Under the pieces are notes generated by a model. The model searched no databases. It saw only the letters and a list, made by a program, of their open reading frames with translations, and was not told the DNA's origin. From the sequence record MN655998.1: DNA of 64,000 nt. One strand, given 5' to 3'. Below, in pieces: positions 25,852-33,800 of this stretch. The number at the start of each line of letters is the position of its first letter. The first letter of the stretch is position 1. A program made the translations under genes and the position numbers. The stretch is from Escherichia phage E26.

Positions 25852-26043
25852 TTATACAGCTTCGTAAACTTCCCAATGTCCAACACCAGCACGCTTAACG
25901 AAAAGGTTTTCTTTGATGTTATTCATAAACGTCTGGATGGATTTAATGCGGTTGGAAGGTTTCCAGTCTTCGTTAGCATTGCGGCGATACATTATAACAT
26001 TACCAGATCGCTTATATTCAGCAACCATTTTAAGACCACACAT
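25852..26043 (-). CDS. small hypothetical protein
   Basis: 63 aa; SD GAGGA upstream. Confidence 0.45.
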   Translation of the reverse strand: MCGLKMVAEYKRSGNVIMYRRNANEDWKPSNRIKSIQTFMNNIKENLFVKRAGVGHWEVYEAV

Positions 26044-26099
26044 AATAATATCCTCAATTTGTGGGAGAGTATTACCCTCCCAATTATTGTTATACTACA

Positions 26100-26402
26100 T
26101 TACGCAAAATGGCGTGTCAATGCTTCTTTTGCTGTTCCGCTAAGATTCTCGATCTCTCCTGGCATAACATCAACCGCCAGAACTTCTACAACATCCTCTG
26201 ATCCTAACCAGTGAGTATGACCTTTGTAGAACTTGATATCCCATTTAACGCTATCGCTAGCCCACCACACATCACCGTCGATAAAGTTGATGTAAAGCAC
26301 ACTACGACACATTGAATTAATTACTTTCAATACTGCGCCTTTCATCTCTTCCACGGTATGGTCTTCCATTTTGAAGACCTCACCTACCTGAACTTTTGCC
26401 AT
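26100..26402 (-). CDS. HxHW-AVDV family protein, copy F
   Basis: 100 aa; motifs LYINFIDGDV, HTHW, LAVDV; SD AGAGGTG. Confidence 0.55.
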   Translation of the reverse strand: MAKVQVGEVFKMEDHTVEEMKGAVLKVINSMCRSVLYINFIDGDVWWASDSVKWDIKFYKGHTHWLGSEDVVEVLAVDVMPGEIENLSGTAKEALTRHFA

Positions 26403-26419
26403 TTAGTCACCTCTCTTTA

Positions 26420-26599
26420 TTACATAACAATCACGCCAGCCGTTGAAAGTTGATGTTTCAACTGAGCATTTTCTGCTACCGTCAAATCAATGATTTCTTG
26501 TGACGCTGCAATCATATAGCCATTGGTGATATTGTTTTGCATCAGTTCAATGGTTTCTTCGTTGTAGCGGATTTTAGCGATGATTTCGTTGAAGTTCAT
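26420..26599 (-). CDS. small hypothetical protein (59 aa)
   Basis: Manual translation MNFNEIIAKIRYNEETIELMQNN...; not in ORF track. Confidence 0.4.
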   Translation of the reverse strand: MNFNEIIAKIRYNEETIELMQNNITNGYMIAASQEIIDLTVAENAQLKHQLSTAGVIVM

Positions 26600-26633
26600 A
26601 ATTGATTCTCCTAGTTCGTTTCGGTATGTGTGT

Positions 26634-26663
26634 ATTATAGGGGAGTTTAGCCTCCCCTGTCAA
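26634..26663 (-). promoter_or_regulatory. PeSL-like early promoter cassette 10
   Basis: TTGACA-GGGGAGGCTAAACTCCCC-TATAAT; palindromic spacer. Confidence 0.55.
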
Positions 26664-26671
26664 CAACTTTT

Positions 26672-26983
26672 TTAAAGTTTTTCCATGATAACGGTCATAA
26701 TTACATCTTCTGCGCGAGCGGTCAGATTATCAGCGTCAGCATGTGGGCGGTTGGTTGTTACAGAGATAACACCGTTGCGCACTGGTTTGATATTGATATC
26801 AAGATGATCCGCGAAACGTTCGCCAGTTACAGAATGAATTTTGGTGTTAAATTCTTTTGCCAGTGCCTTGCGAACTTCACGAATCAGGATAGCGTTTTTC
26901 AGTTGGTTCTCCGCGCTCATGGTCTTCTGGGTGTTCATGGTTCCGTCGAAGTCAATCATTGGCAGCGTTACGATGTATTTCAT
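26672..26983 (-). CDS. small hypothetical protein (AKEFN motif)
   Basis: 103 aa; paralogous segment with 23372..23659. Confidence 0.55.
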   Translation of the reverse strand: MKYIVTLPMIDFDGTMNTQKTMSAENQLKNAILIREVRKALAKEFNTKIHSVTGERFADHLDINIKPVRNGVISVTTNRPHADADNLTARAEDVIMTVIMEKL

Positions 26984-27028
26984 TTTTGATTCTCCGTTTA
27001 AGAAAGTGTGTTTCGTTTTGATGTGTGT

Positions 27029-27057
27029 AGTATAGGGGATCGGTGATCCCCTGTCAA
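27029..27057 (-). promoter_or_regulatory. PeSL-like early promoter cassette 11
   Basis: TTGACA-GGGGATCACCGATCCCC-TATACT. Confidence 0.55.
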
Positions 27058-27070
27058 CAACTTTTTTGAA

Positions 27071-27415
27071 TTATTTTTTCATGAGCTTAATTGCTTCTTC
27101 CATAGCCAACACATTTCGATAGTTAGGGTATCGTGTTAGATCGTCATACATTCGCTTAAGGGTGGAAACTTCCTCAAACTCTGGGTTTTCTAGATACAGT
27201 TGAACAAATTGTTTCTCTATCATCTCTGCTTTTAGCTTGTCTGCTTGTTCCTGTTCATATGATTTAGTTGGACCCAACACCAACAAAATGATAAAGGTGA
27301 TCAACGGGCTAATGATCAACGATAGGATAACATAACCGATAACGCTACGGTTTAAACGGCTTGCATACATGCCTACCAGGAAAACAAAAAGGATATAGAT
27401 AAACAGAAAGAACAT
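27071..27415 (-). CDS. membrane protein
   Basis: 114 aa; two N-terminal transmembrane helices. Confidence 0.5.
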   Translation of the reverse strand: MFFLFIYILFVFLVGMYASRLNRSVIGYVILSLIISPLITFIILLVLGPTKSYEQEQADKLKAEMIEKQFVQLYLENPEFEEVSTLKRMYDDLTRYPNYRNVLAMEEAIKLMKK

Positions 27416-27422
27416 ATAATGG

Positions 27423-27896
27423 TTACTCCTTATTTTCGCGCTCGTACTTTTCGAAATAAAATTCTACTGGCTGGTCATTAATTGACAGCAAGCCAAAGCG
27501 TTTAGCCGCTCGCAATCCCATATTGCGCTGAATGTACTTCTGGAAGTTCTCGCGTATACACTTACGCCAGTATTCTAAGCCCATACAGCTTTTATAAAGA
27601 TTGCATTGCACACACGCCGGATTCATGTTATCAAGTATATCATGTTCCGGTTTATGCATTCCTACAACCTTATACTTCCACGATCCATCATCATTACGGG
27701 CAATTCGTCCATTTTCATCATAGACTACCTTTGAGCGTCGCAATACTGGTTTGATGTGGTCTGCGTGCCAGCGATCCCCTAGTTCCTCGCCACAATAGGC
27801 ACAACGTCCACCATATTTCATTTTCAGGATCTGGCGTTGCTCTTTCTTTGACAATTTTTTAGGTTTAGGGGCTTTTGCCCCTTCATTATCACACAT
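27423..27896 (-). CDS. HNH endonuclease (freestanding, homing-endonuclease-like)
   Basis: 157 aa; CAYCGEEL...WHADHIKP HNH core and second Cys pair CVQCN; start overlaps end of ligase gene. Confidence 0.75.
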   Translation of the reverse strand: MCDNEGAKAPKPKKLSKKEQRQILKMKYGGRCAYCGEELGDRWHADHIKPVLRRSKVVYDENGRIARNDDGSWKYKVVGMHKPEHDILDNMNPACVQCNLYKSCMGLEYWRKCIRENFQKYIQRNMGLRAAKRFGLLSINDQPVEFYFEKYERENKE

Positions 27897-29391
27897 CGAA
27901 TACCTCTTTTACTGTATTTGCAGTGGTCTTGTCGTAGCGAATACGTTTGATGATTGGGAGAAATAAAGAGAACTCCGGTTCATCTTCTTTACGTGATTTG
28001 CTGCGGATATACCCGTTGCATGTCATCTCAATGACTTTTCCAATCAGGTTATGACGATCAGCCCATAACATTTCTCGGTCGAGTTCATTTCTACGATCGA
28101 ACGGAATTACACGTTCAATACCATCATCACCTTTTTCGGTTGTAGTGTCGGTTAATCCAGATCCGGTGTTAGTCATCATTCGTCCGCACGCACTACGGAC
28201 AGTAAAACCGCCTACCTTATTGGGGTCTTTACTATGCGGATATACATCAACAATTTCCGCGTCGAAGTCAATCACTTCTTTAAATTTAACCTGATCTTTA
28301 CTACGGCGATCTTCAAATACACCATGTAAATTTTTAAGGATAATACCTTCTAAGCCCATGTTTACATAGCGATGATATACTTCGCGAGCTTCGTCTATAT
28401 TGTTAACTACAGTGTTTTCGATTATCTGAACACGAGGATCGTTAAGTTCTTCAACAATCTGTTTTAGTTCTTCGAATCGATCTTTATATTGCTTCGTTGC
28501 TTTCTCGTTTCCGTAATACACATCACGGTCGATAACATCCCAGACAGTGTAAACAATACATTGGGCTTCTTCTTTTGGAATAGTTCCTTTCAGTGATTTG
28601 TTGAGGATACCATTTCCGGTCTGACGATCTGCAACAACGGATTCTTTTACTGCTTCCGCTACTGGAGTTAATGGCATTTCCTCTTCTTCAAATATCCATG
28701 ACAGAGTACCATCATAAACGCTCTCAACGAAGTTCTGCGCTGGTGTTTGTGAAAGGGTAGGCATATATACCAATTCGCCATCTAGAACAATTCCACGGCC
28801 TCGTAGACGCTCTAAAACCGCAAACAAATCATCAAGCCCTTGATAGGTATTACCTGAGCGGGTATAGATTGCTAATGTTTCCCCGTCAATATCAGCCATA
28901 CCACGAGCGCCATCGCTTTTAAGTTGTGCATACGCCGGATATTTGATATTGGCAATAGTCTTATCAGAACATGACGATGCAAGGTGGCACGGTTGCTGAG
29001 GAATCAGTTTCTTCCATACCTTGTTTGCAGTGGTAGCGGAACAGCCGCATTCCAGATCACGATTCAGGACCATCATCGCAACTTTAGCATCATCCTCTGA
29101 CAAGCAAGTCAGAGTATCGGTAACTAGCTGTAATGCTGCATTACCAGTTACTTGACGCGTGGCAAGTTTATTTTTAAAGACCTGTAATGCACCGGATAAA
29201 GACAATACAGACGAATAGCGAGATGGTTTATCGTATTTCTTTACGCCAAACGTAACCTGTTTGCAATATGCCAGATAAAAGCATTCTTTCAGCGTTTCAT
29301 TGCTCGCGGATTCTTTCAGGATCTTTTCTTTCAGCGATGTTTTGTCGGTTGCTGCAAGCTGATTAATGATATTAAGAATTGACATTTTCAC
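27889..29391 (-). CDS. 30: ATP-dependent DNA ligase gp30
   Basis: 500 aa; KADGAR adenylation motif, DGELV, EGIILK, near-colinear with T4 DNA ligase. Confidence 0.92.
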   Translation of the reverse strand: MKMSILNIINQLAATDKTSLKEKILKESASNETLKECFYLAYCKQVTFGVKKYDKPSRYSSVLSLSGALQVFKNKLATRQVTGNAALQLVTDTLTCLSEDDAKVAMMVLNRDLECGCSATTANKVWKKLIPQQPCHLASSCSDKTIANIKYPAYAQLKSDGARGMADIDGETLAIYTRSGNTYQGLDDLFAVLERLRGRGIVLDGELVYMPTLSQTPAQNFVESVYDGTLSWIFEEEEMPLTPVAEAVKESVVADRQTGNGILNKSLKGTIPKEEAQCIVYTVWDVIDRDVYYGNEKATKQYKDRFEELKQIVEELNDPRVQIIENTVVNNIDEAREVYHRYVNMGLEGIILKNLHGVFEDRRSKDQVKFKEVIDFDAEIVDVYPHSKDPNKVGGFTVRSACGRMMTNTGSGLTDTTTEKGDDGIERVIPFDRRNELDREMLWADRHNLIGKVIEMTCNGYIRSKSRKEDEPEFSLFLPIIKRIRYDKTTANTVKEVFDV

Positions 29392-29851
29392 CTCGTTTTG
29401 TTAAACGTTCACGAATATCATTGAGGATACTACAAAATTCCGATTCAGTCAATATAGTCTTTAACGGATCAGTTCCACCTATACTATGACGTAATTTCTT
29501 ATTTCCGGTCGAGAGTAATGCTTTACAAAATTCTGGGTTATTCCGTGCCATCGTAACAAATGCCAGATGTACCAGTCTGTAATAATGCTCACTCATTCGA
29601 TGAATCGGGCGACCCTGAAAATATAACATGTGATTCTCAATCTTTTCAGTTCTTCCGGTTCTTTTTGCTTTGCCACCATGCATCAAAAAGATTTCTCTTT
29701 GTCTCTGAGGGTTCTTAAATCTTAGCCCCTGTAAAAATCCTTCTGTGCTGTTAATATCGCAACCAAATAGACGGAATGGTCTTTTATTGAAATTACTCAA
29801 TTCACCAGATGGATAAGGTCCACCCGCATAGATATCAATTTCAGAAGTCAT
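29372..29851 (-). CDS. NADAR / YbiA-like (DUF1768) protein
   Basis: 159 aa; N-terminal GELSNF...PF...EGFLQGLRF pattern typical of YbiA/NADAR. Confidence 0.55.
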   Translation of the reverse strand: MTSEIDIYAGGPYPSGELSNFNKRPFRLFGCDINSTEGFLQGLRFKNPQRQREIFLMHGGKAKRTGRTEKIENHMLYFQGRPIHRMSEHYYRLVHLAFVTMARNNPEFCKALLSTGNKKLRHSIGGTDPLKTILTESEFCSILNDIRERLTKRGENVNS

Positions 29852-30005
29852 TGAAACTAATCTCGCTAATCAGAGAGAACGGATCATAATCGTCATGAGG
29901 AATATCGACAGTAATCGAATGAGGATTTACCCATACACCAAACTGGTCTTCTTCGGTGAATACTTCGGTATGGATTTCGTGGATGTTTACATTCATAGTT
30001 TTCAT
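29841..30005 (-). CDS. small hypothetical protein (54 aa)
   Basis: Manual translation MKTMNVNIHEIHTEVFTEEDQFGVWVNPHS...; SD AAGGAA; overlaps next gene by 11 nt. Confidence 0.4.
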   Translation of the reverse strand: MKTMNVNIHEIHTEVFTEEDQFGVWVNPHSITVDIPHDDYDPFSLISEISFNDF

Positions 30006-30087
30006 AATAAAATTCCTTAATAATCAATAACTTACAAAATCATATAGCCAAAATATAGGCGGGATTATTTCCCGCCGTTTAAAATCA

Positions 30088-30411
30088 TTAACCGTAAACT
30101 ACCACAATATTCTGTTTGTGCGTTACAGTCCATTTCAGGTCGATCTCTTCTTCCTTCTTAACGCCGTTAATAACGTCTGGATGAGGAACTTTATTAAGTT
30201 TCCCATGAGGAAGCAATACAGTCTTGCCCAGCAATTCTTTATCAACGTTATCACCGATATCAATAATCTTACCGACTAAAGGAATCTCTCCCATAGTTCG
30301 TTTTTGCTCGATGATAATACCAAAATCGCTCTTTACTTCGGTCCCTGCGCTTTCCGCTTTAGCTTCAATGATCACATAGTCACCAAGTGCTTTAGGAGTT
30401 TTAACGGTCAT
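30088..30411 (-). CDS. 31: co-chaperonin GroES homolog gp31
   Basis: 107 aa; position after gene 30 region; GroES-like pattern GDYVIIEAKAESAG...G.IIE...GEIPLVGKIIDIG. Confidence 0.75.
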   Translation of the reverse strand: MTVKTPKALGDYVIIEAKAESAGTEVKSDFGIIIEQKRTMGEIPLVGKIIDIGDNVDKELLGKTVLLPHGKLNKVPHPDVINGVKKEEEIDLKWTVTHKQNIVVVYG

Positions 30412-30447
30412 AATTTTCTTACCTCTTCAATTCATCTCAATAGTAAA

Positions 30448-31065
30448 TTATTTATATTTCGCGACCTTTGGATTTCTCCGCAGACCGGAATGTATTTGCG
30501 CTATACAACAATAAGAAACATTAAACATATCAGCTATAATTTGCTTCTTAACTTTTCCTTTAAGCCGCATTATTTCTTCGACTTGCGCATTTGTCAGTTT
30601 TGCCCGTGAGTGGTTTTCACCGACATTGTTATTGAGTCCAGTTCTAAATGAATGTCTCATATTTTCTAGTAAGGTTACTATTTCTAGATTCCACACATAA
30701 TTGCAGGTTTTTACACCATTGATGTGATTAACCTCAAGTCCGGTAACGTCTCCTAGAAATGCATTTGCTACAAGTCGATGTATCTTTTCGGCTTTAACTG
30801 AGATTTTACCATTGTCTTTTTGTTTTGACAATGTTGAATAATAATATCCATATCGGTCTAAAATTGGTTTTATTATTTTACCAGCACGTTTTTGTTTTAC
30901 GAGCTTAATATTACCGGGAGAAACTTCTCTATAAAATTCGATACTTCGGTCAATAGATCTCAATCTACCATAATTAGAGATTTCATACCACGGATAACCT
31001 ACAGCTTGTCTCCATTCTTCCGGCGCTGGTAATACGATATTATCATCTTTTGTTTCCATTGTCAA
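30448..31065 (-). CDS. HNH homing endonuclease with NUMOD4-like N-terminus
   Basis: 205 aa; WYEISNYGRLRS (NUMOD4-like) and HRLVANAF...EVNHINGVKTCNYVWNLE (HNH_3). Confidence 0.75.
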   Translation of the reverse strand: MTMETKDDNIVLPAPEEWRQAVGYPWYEISNYGRLRSIDRSIEFYREVSPGNIKLVKQKRAGKIIKPILDRYGYYYSTLSKQKDNGKISVKAEKIHRLVANAFLGDVTGLEVNHINGVKTCNYVWNLEIVTLLENMRHSFRTGLNNNVGENHSRAKLTNAQVEEIMRLKGKVKKQIIADMFNVSYCCIAQIHSGLRRNPKVAKYK

Positions 31066-31388
31066 CTGCCACCGTAAATTTCGACGATCTGCGCTGGAGT
31101 CAGCCCGTCTACATTAATCAGACTATCAAGCCCAAAACTACGGAAACCTTCAACTGCAATTTCATATACTGGCAAAGATGTTTCTGAGTCTTTACGCGGT
31201 TTTTCAACATTCGGAACTAACCACTTTTCGTATGTTTCGAAAGGCATCAGTGCCGGATCTCGCGTGGCGATCATCTCACGGACAGTACCATCTTTCTTAG
31301 TAAACTGCAAAGAGTGAGTACCGACCGAAAACATTTTCTTTAGTGCTTCACGAAGTGCGATATTATCAACTTGTTCAGTCATTATCAA
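31062..31388 (-). CDS. hypothetical protein
   Basis: ORF track 108 aa. Confidence 0.5.
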   Translation of the reverse strand: MIMTEQVDNIALREALKKMFSVGTHSLQFTKKDGTVREMIATRDPALMPFETYEKWLVPNVEKPRKDSETSLPVYEIAVEGFRSFGLDSLINVDGLTPAQIVEIYGGS

Positions 31389-31881
31389 TACCCTTCAAAT
31401 CAGTCAATAATGCTTTTGGAATACGCGTGATCGTAATATCTGCATTATTCAGAATATCAGCCCAATCACGCCCACCATTTCGATCATATGTGTCGCAATA
31501 GTATAGATGTTTAATTCCACTGTTTGCAATTGCTTTAGCGCAATCTGGACACGGTGAAGCAGTACACCACATACTAGCGCCTTCAATCGATACACCGCTA
31601 CGGGCAGCAAACAAAATAGCATTTAATTCAGCGTGGATCTCGTTTTTCTGTGACCATGCACTATGCTCTGGTCGTTTTTCTGGGATCATTTTGCCGTCAT
31701 CATCCAGCCAACCGTTTTTATGTGCATGACAGCTACAATTTACTTGCCCTGCTGGAGTTCCGTTAAATCCAGTAGAAATGATTCGCCCGTCTTTTTCGAT
31801 CAGTGCGCCTACCTTCCACGAAACACATTTAGAGTTCTTTGCGATCAGATAGGCGATCTGCATGTAAGTTTGTGACAACAT
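31375..31881 (-). CDS. cd: dCMP deaminase
   Basis: 168 aa; zinc-binding deaminase motifs HAELNAI and PCPDCA. Confidence 0.88.
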   Translation of the reverse strand: MLSQTYMQIAYLIAKNSKCVSWKVGALIEKDGRIISTGFNGTPAGQVNCSCHAHKNGWLDDDGKMIPEKRPEHSAWSQKNEIHAELNAILFAARSGVSIEGASMWCTASPCPDCAKAIANSGIKHLYYCDTYDRNGGRDWADILNNADITITRIPKALLTDLKGIDND

Positions 31882-31902
31882 AATATAATCCTCACATATT
31901 AA

Positions 31903-32106
31903 TTAACCGTATACGCGAAAGTATTCTACTGACCCGTCGCTATACTGTTTTACATTGAATGTATTCACACCATGATTATTTCTCATGATGACATATACAC
32001 TACGACGTTCATCGCTAAACGGCATAACTGGTGCGGGTTCAATATCAACATTAAAACCACGTTTAGCAAGTGCTTCGCCCAATTTCTTGATTTTATCGGT
32101 AAACAT
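31903..32106 (-). CDS. small hypothetical protein
   Basis: ORF track 67 aa. Confidence 0.45.
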   Translation of the reverse strand: MFTDKIKKLGEALAKRGFNVDIEPAPVMPFSDERRSVYVIMRNNHGVNTFNVKQYSDGSVEYFRVYG

Positions 32107-33005
32107 TAAAAGTCTCCGTAGTTAACCTGAAAACATTCTACACCAATTGAGCGGTACATGTCAACCACTTGATCACGATCATCTACTGCCAACACAACAT
32201 GATAACGTGGTGCAATTTCAGAGAAGAAAATCTCTTTCTTCACTTCATGATCAGGACGACGATCATTAGTTTCACGTTGAAAGTGATCACTCGGTTCAAT
32301 ACCCTGTTCACGCAACCATTGCAGAGTATCTTCTTCGCAAACATCCTCACGCCCTGAGCATGTAATGATACGATAACCATTATCACGATACAGTTTAAGC
32401 ATTTCGATAACTTGCGGACGCGGTTTATCTTCTTTGACCTTTGTCCAGTCAAACGGATGACGACCGCCCTTATCCGCTAATGTTCCATCAATATCAAAGA
32501 TCACTGCCTTCGGCAGCATGGTATTCGGTTTGTATACTTCTTGACCCATATATTCCTGCATCAGATAAAATTGGTTACGCAAATGAGAAAGTGGAATTGC
32601 TTTCTCGCCTCGATAGAAATTACGTTTCTTTAGTGTCTCAAATGATTCATTGAACACTTGTTCAGTATACACCGCGTTAAATTCTTTTGCAAGTTCTTTG
32701 TAGAATACACGATGTTTTTCTTTCAGGTTGGTATCGGAGATAATGATACTCAATCCGCGTGATAGAGTCTCGCGAGCAATCATTCTCTGAATAGACTCTA
32801 CCAGCTTTTCCTTTTCCTTAGTATATTTGTATTTCAAAGGTGAGTCAACACCAAACAACATAAGACGAAGATCATCACGATTCACATTACGATAATTACT
32901 AAACCGTTTACATGTTTCCATAGCCCATGTAGTTTTACCGGACCCAGAACAACCAACGGTTAAAATCACTTCACATTTCGGCATTATTTCTCCTTCGGTT
33001 TGCAC
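32106..33005 (-). CDS. pseT: polynucleotide 5'-kinase / 3'-phosphatase
   Basis: 299 aa; Walker A GCSGSGKTTWA, HAD motif VIFDIDGTLA, LAVDDRDQVV; colinear with T4 Pnk. Confidence 0.92.
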   Translation of the reverse strand: MQTEGEIMPKCEVILTVGCSGSGKTTWAMETCKRFSNYRNVNRDDLRLMLFGVDSPLKYKYTKEKEKLVESIQRMIARETLSRGLSIIISDTNLKEKHRVFYKELAKEFNAVYTEQVFNESFETLKKRNFYRGEKAIPLSHLRNQFYLMQEYMGQEVYKPNTMLPKAVIFDIDGTLADKGGRHPFDWTKVKEDKPRPQVIEMLKLYRDNGYRIITCSGREDVCEEDTLQWLREQGIEPSDHFQRETNDRRPDHEVKKEIFFSEIAPRYHVVLAVDDRDQVVDMYRSIGVECFQVNYGDF

Positions 33006-33436
33006 CGTTCCTCATTAAGTTCTTTGCGATAATAACACAGGATCAACTTACTTTCAAGTGTATATCTCTTAATATCAGCCAACCAGACTCTAAATTTTTG
33101 GGAGTCCTCCCACGACATAGAAACTCTAGGTTTACCGTCTATTGTATCCACTTTCAGGTCAATGTCAACTTTTTCTATTGGTGCTGGTAGTGGAGGATGT
33201 AATTTCGGTTCCTGTGAATAATGGTCCATTGTACACGAAGAAAGAGCAAATACAATAGGCACAGCGAAGACATGGATTATGGCGGTCTGAAAATTCTTAT
33301 GTGCTTTCTTAAACATCCAGTGTATCACGAAAATTGAAAACACCATCAGGATAATAATGCTTGCACCTATCCACAGATAATCAACCAGATTAAAATTGCT
33401 TATCTGCTCTTGTGTAGGCAATATTTCTATGCTCAT
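32984..33436 (-). CDS. membrane protein
   Basis: 150 aa; N-terminal transmembrane helices. Confidence 0.5.
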   Translation of the reverse strand: MSIEILPTQEQISNFNLVDYLWIGASIIILMVFSIFVIHWMFKKAHKNFQTAIIHVFAVPIVFALSSCTMDHYSQEPKLHPPLPAPIEKVDIDLKVDTIDGKPRVSMSWEDSQKFRVWLADIKRYTLESKLILCYYRKELNEERCKPKEK

Positions 33437-33756
33437 TTAGTAGCCTCCTTTAATTCTTCGGTAAACTCCTTAAATGAGTCATTAAGCTGTTTCTCTACCA
33501 ACCTGGGTTTTTGTGCTACTACATAGCCTCGTGTAGCGTCTTTCATTGCTTTGTTTTGTTCTTCTGCAAACTTAGTTCTTATTCCGTACATCTCTTTTTG
33601 CAGCGAGTCTACGACCTTCATCTTTTCATCTGTCTTTTTCTTATACTCTGTAAATTCCTGATTCAGTCGATCTACCTCCTTTTTATTTTCCCACCACATA
33701 TTGCCACCGACCCCCAGCAATACAGAGATGATAACAATGTATATCAGCTTTGACAT
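33433..33756 (-). CDS. membrane-anchored coiled-coil protein (start at internal Met MSKLIYIV)
   Basis: Track ORF start 33807 lies upstream of the terminator hairpin; internal start is after the terminator. Confidence 0.45.
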   Translation of the reverse strand: MSKLIYIVIISVLLGVGGNMWWENKKEVDRLNQEFTEYKKKTDEKMKVVDSLQKEMYGIRTKFAEEQNKAMKDATRGYVVAQKPRLVEKQLNDSFKEFTEELKEATK

Positions 33757-33769
33757 ATTACCCCCAACG

Positions 33770-33794
33770 ACAAAAGGCGGGGAACTAGCCCCGC
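33770..33794 (-). terminator. Rho-independent terminator (minus strand) after rnlA
   Basis: GCGGGG-AACTA-GCCCCGC hairpin; U-run on minus strand. Confidence 0.55.
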
Positions 33795-33800
33795 TTATTA

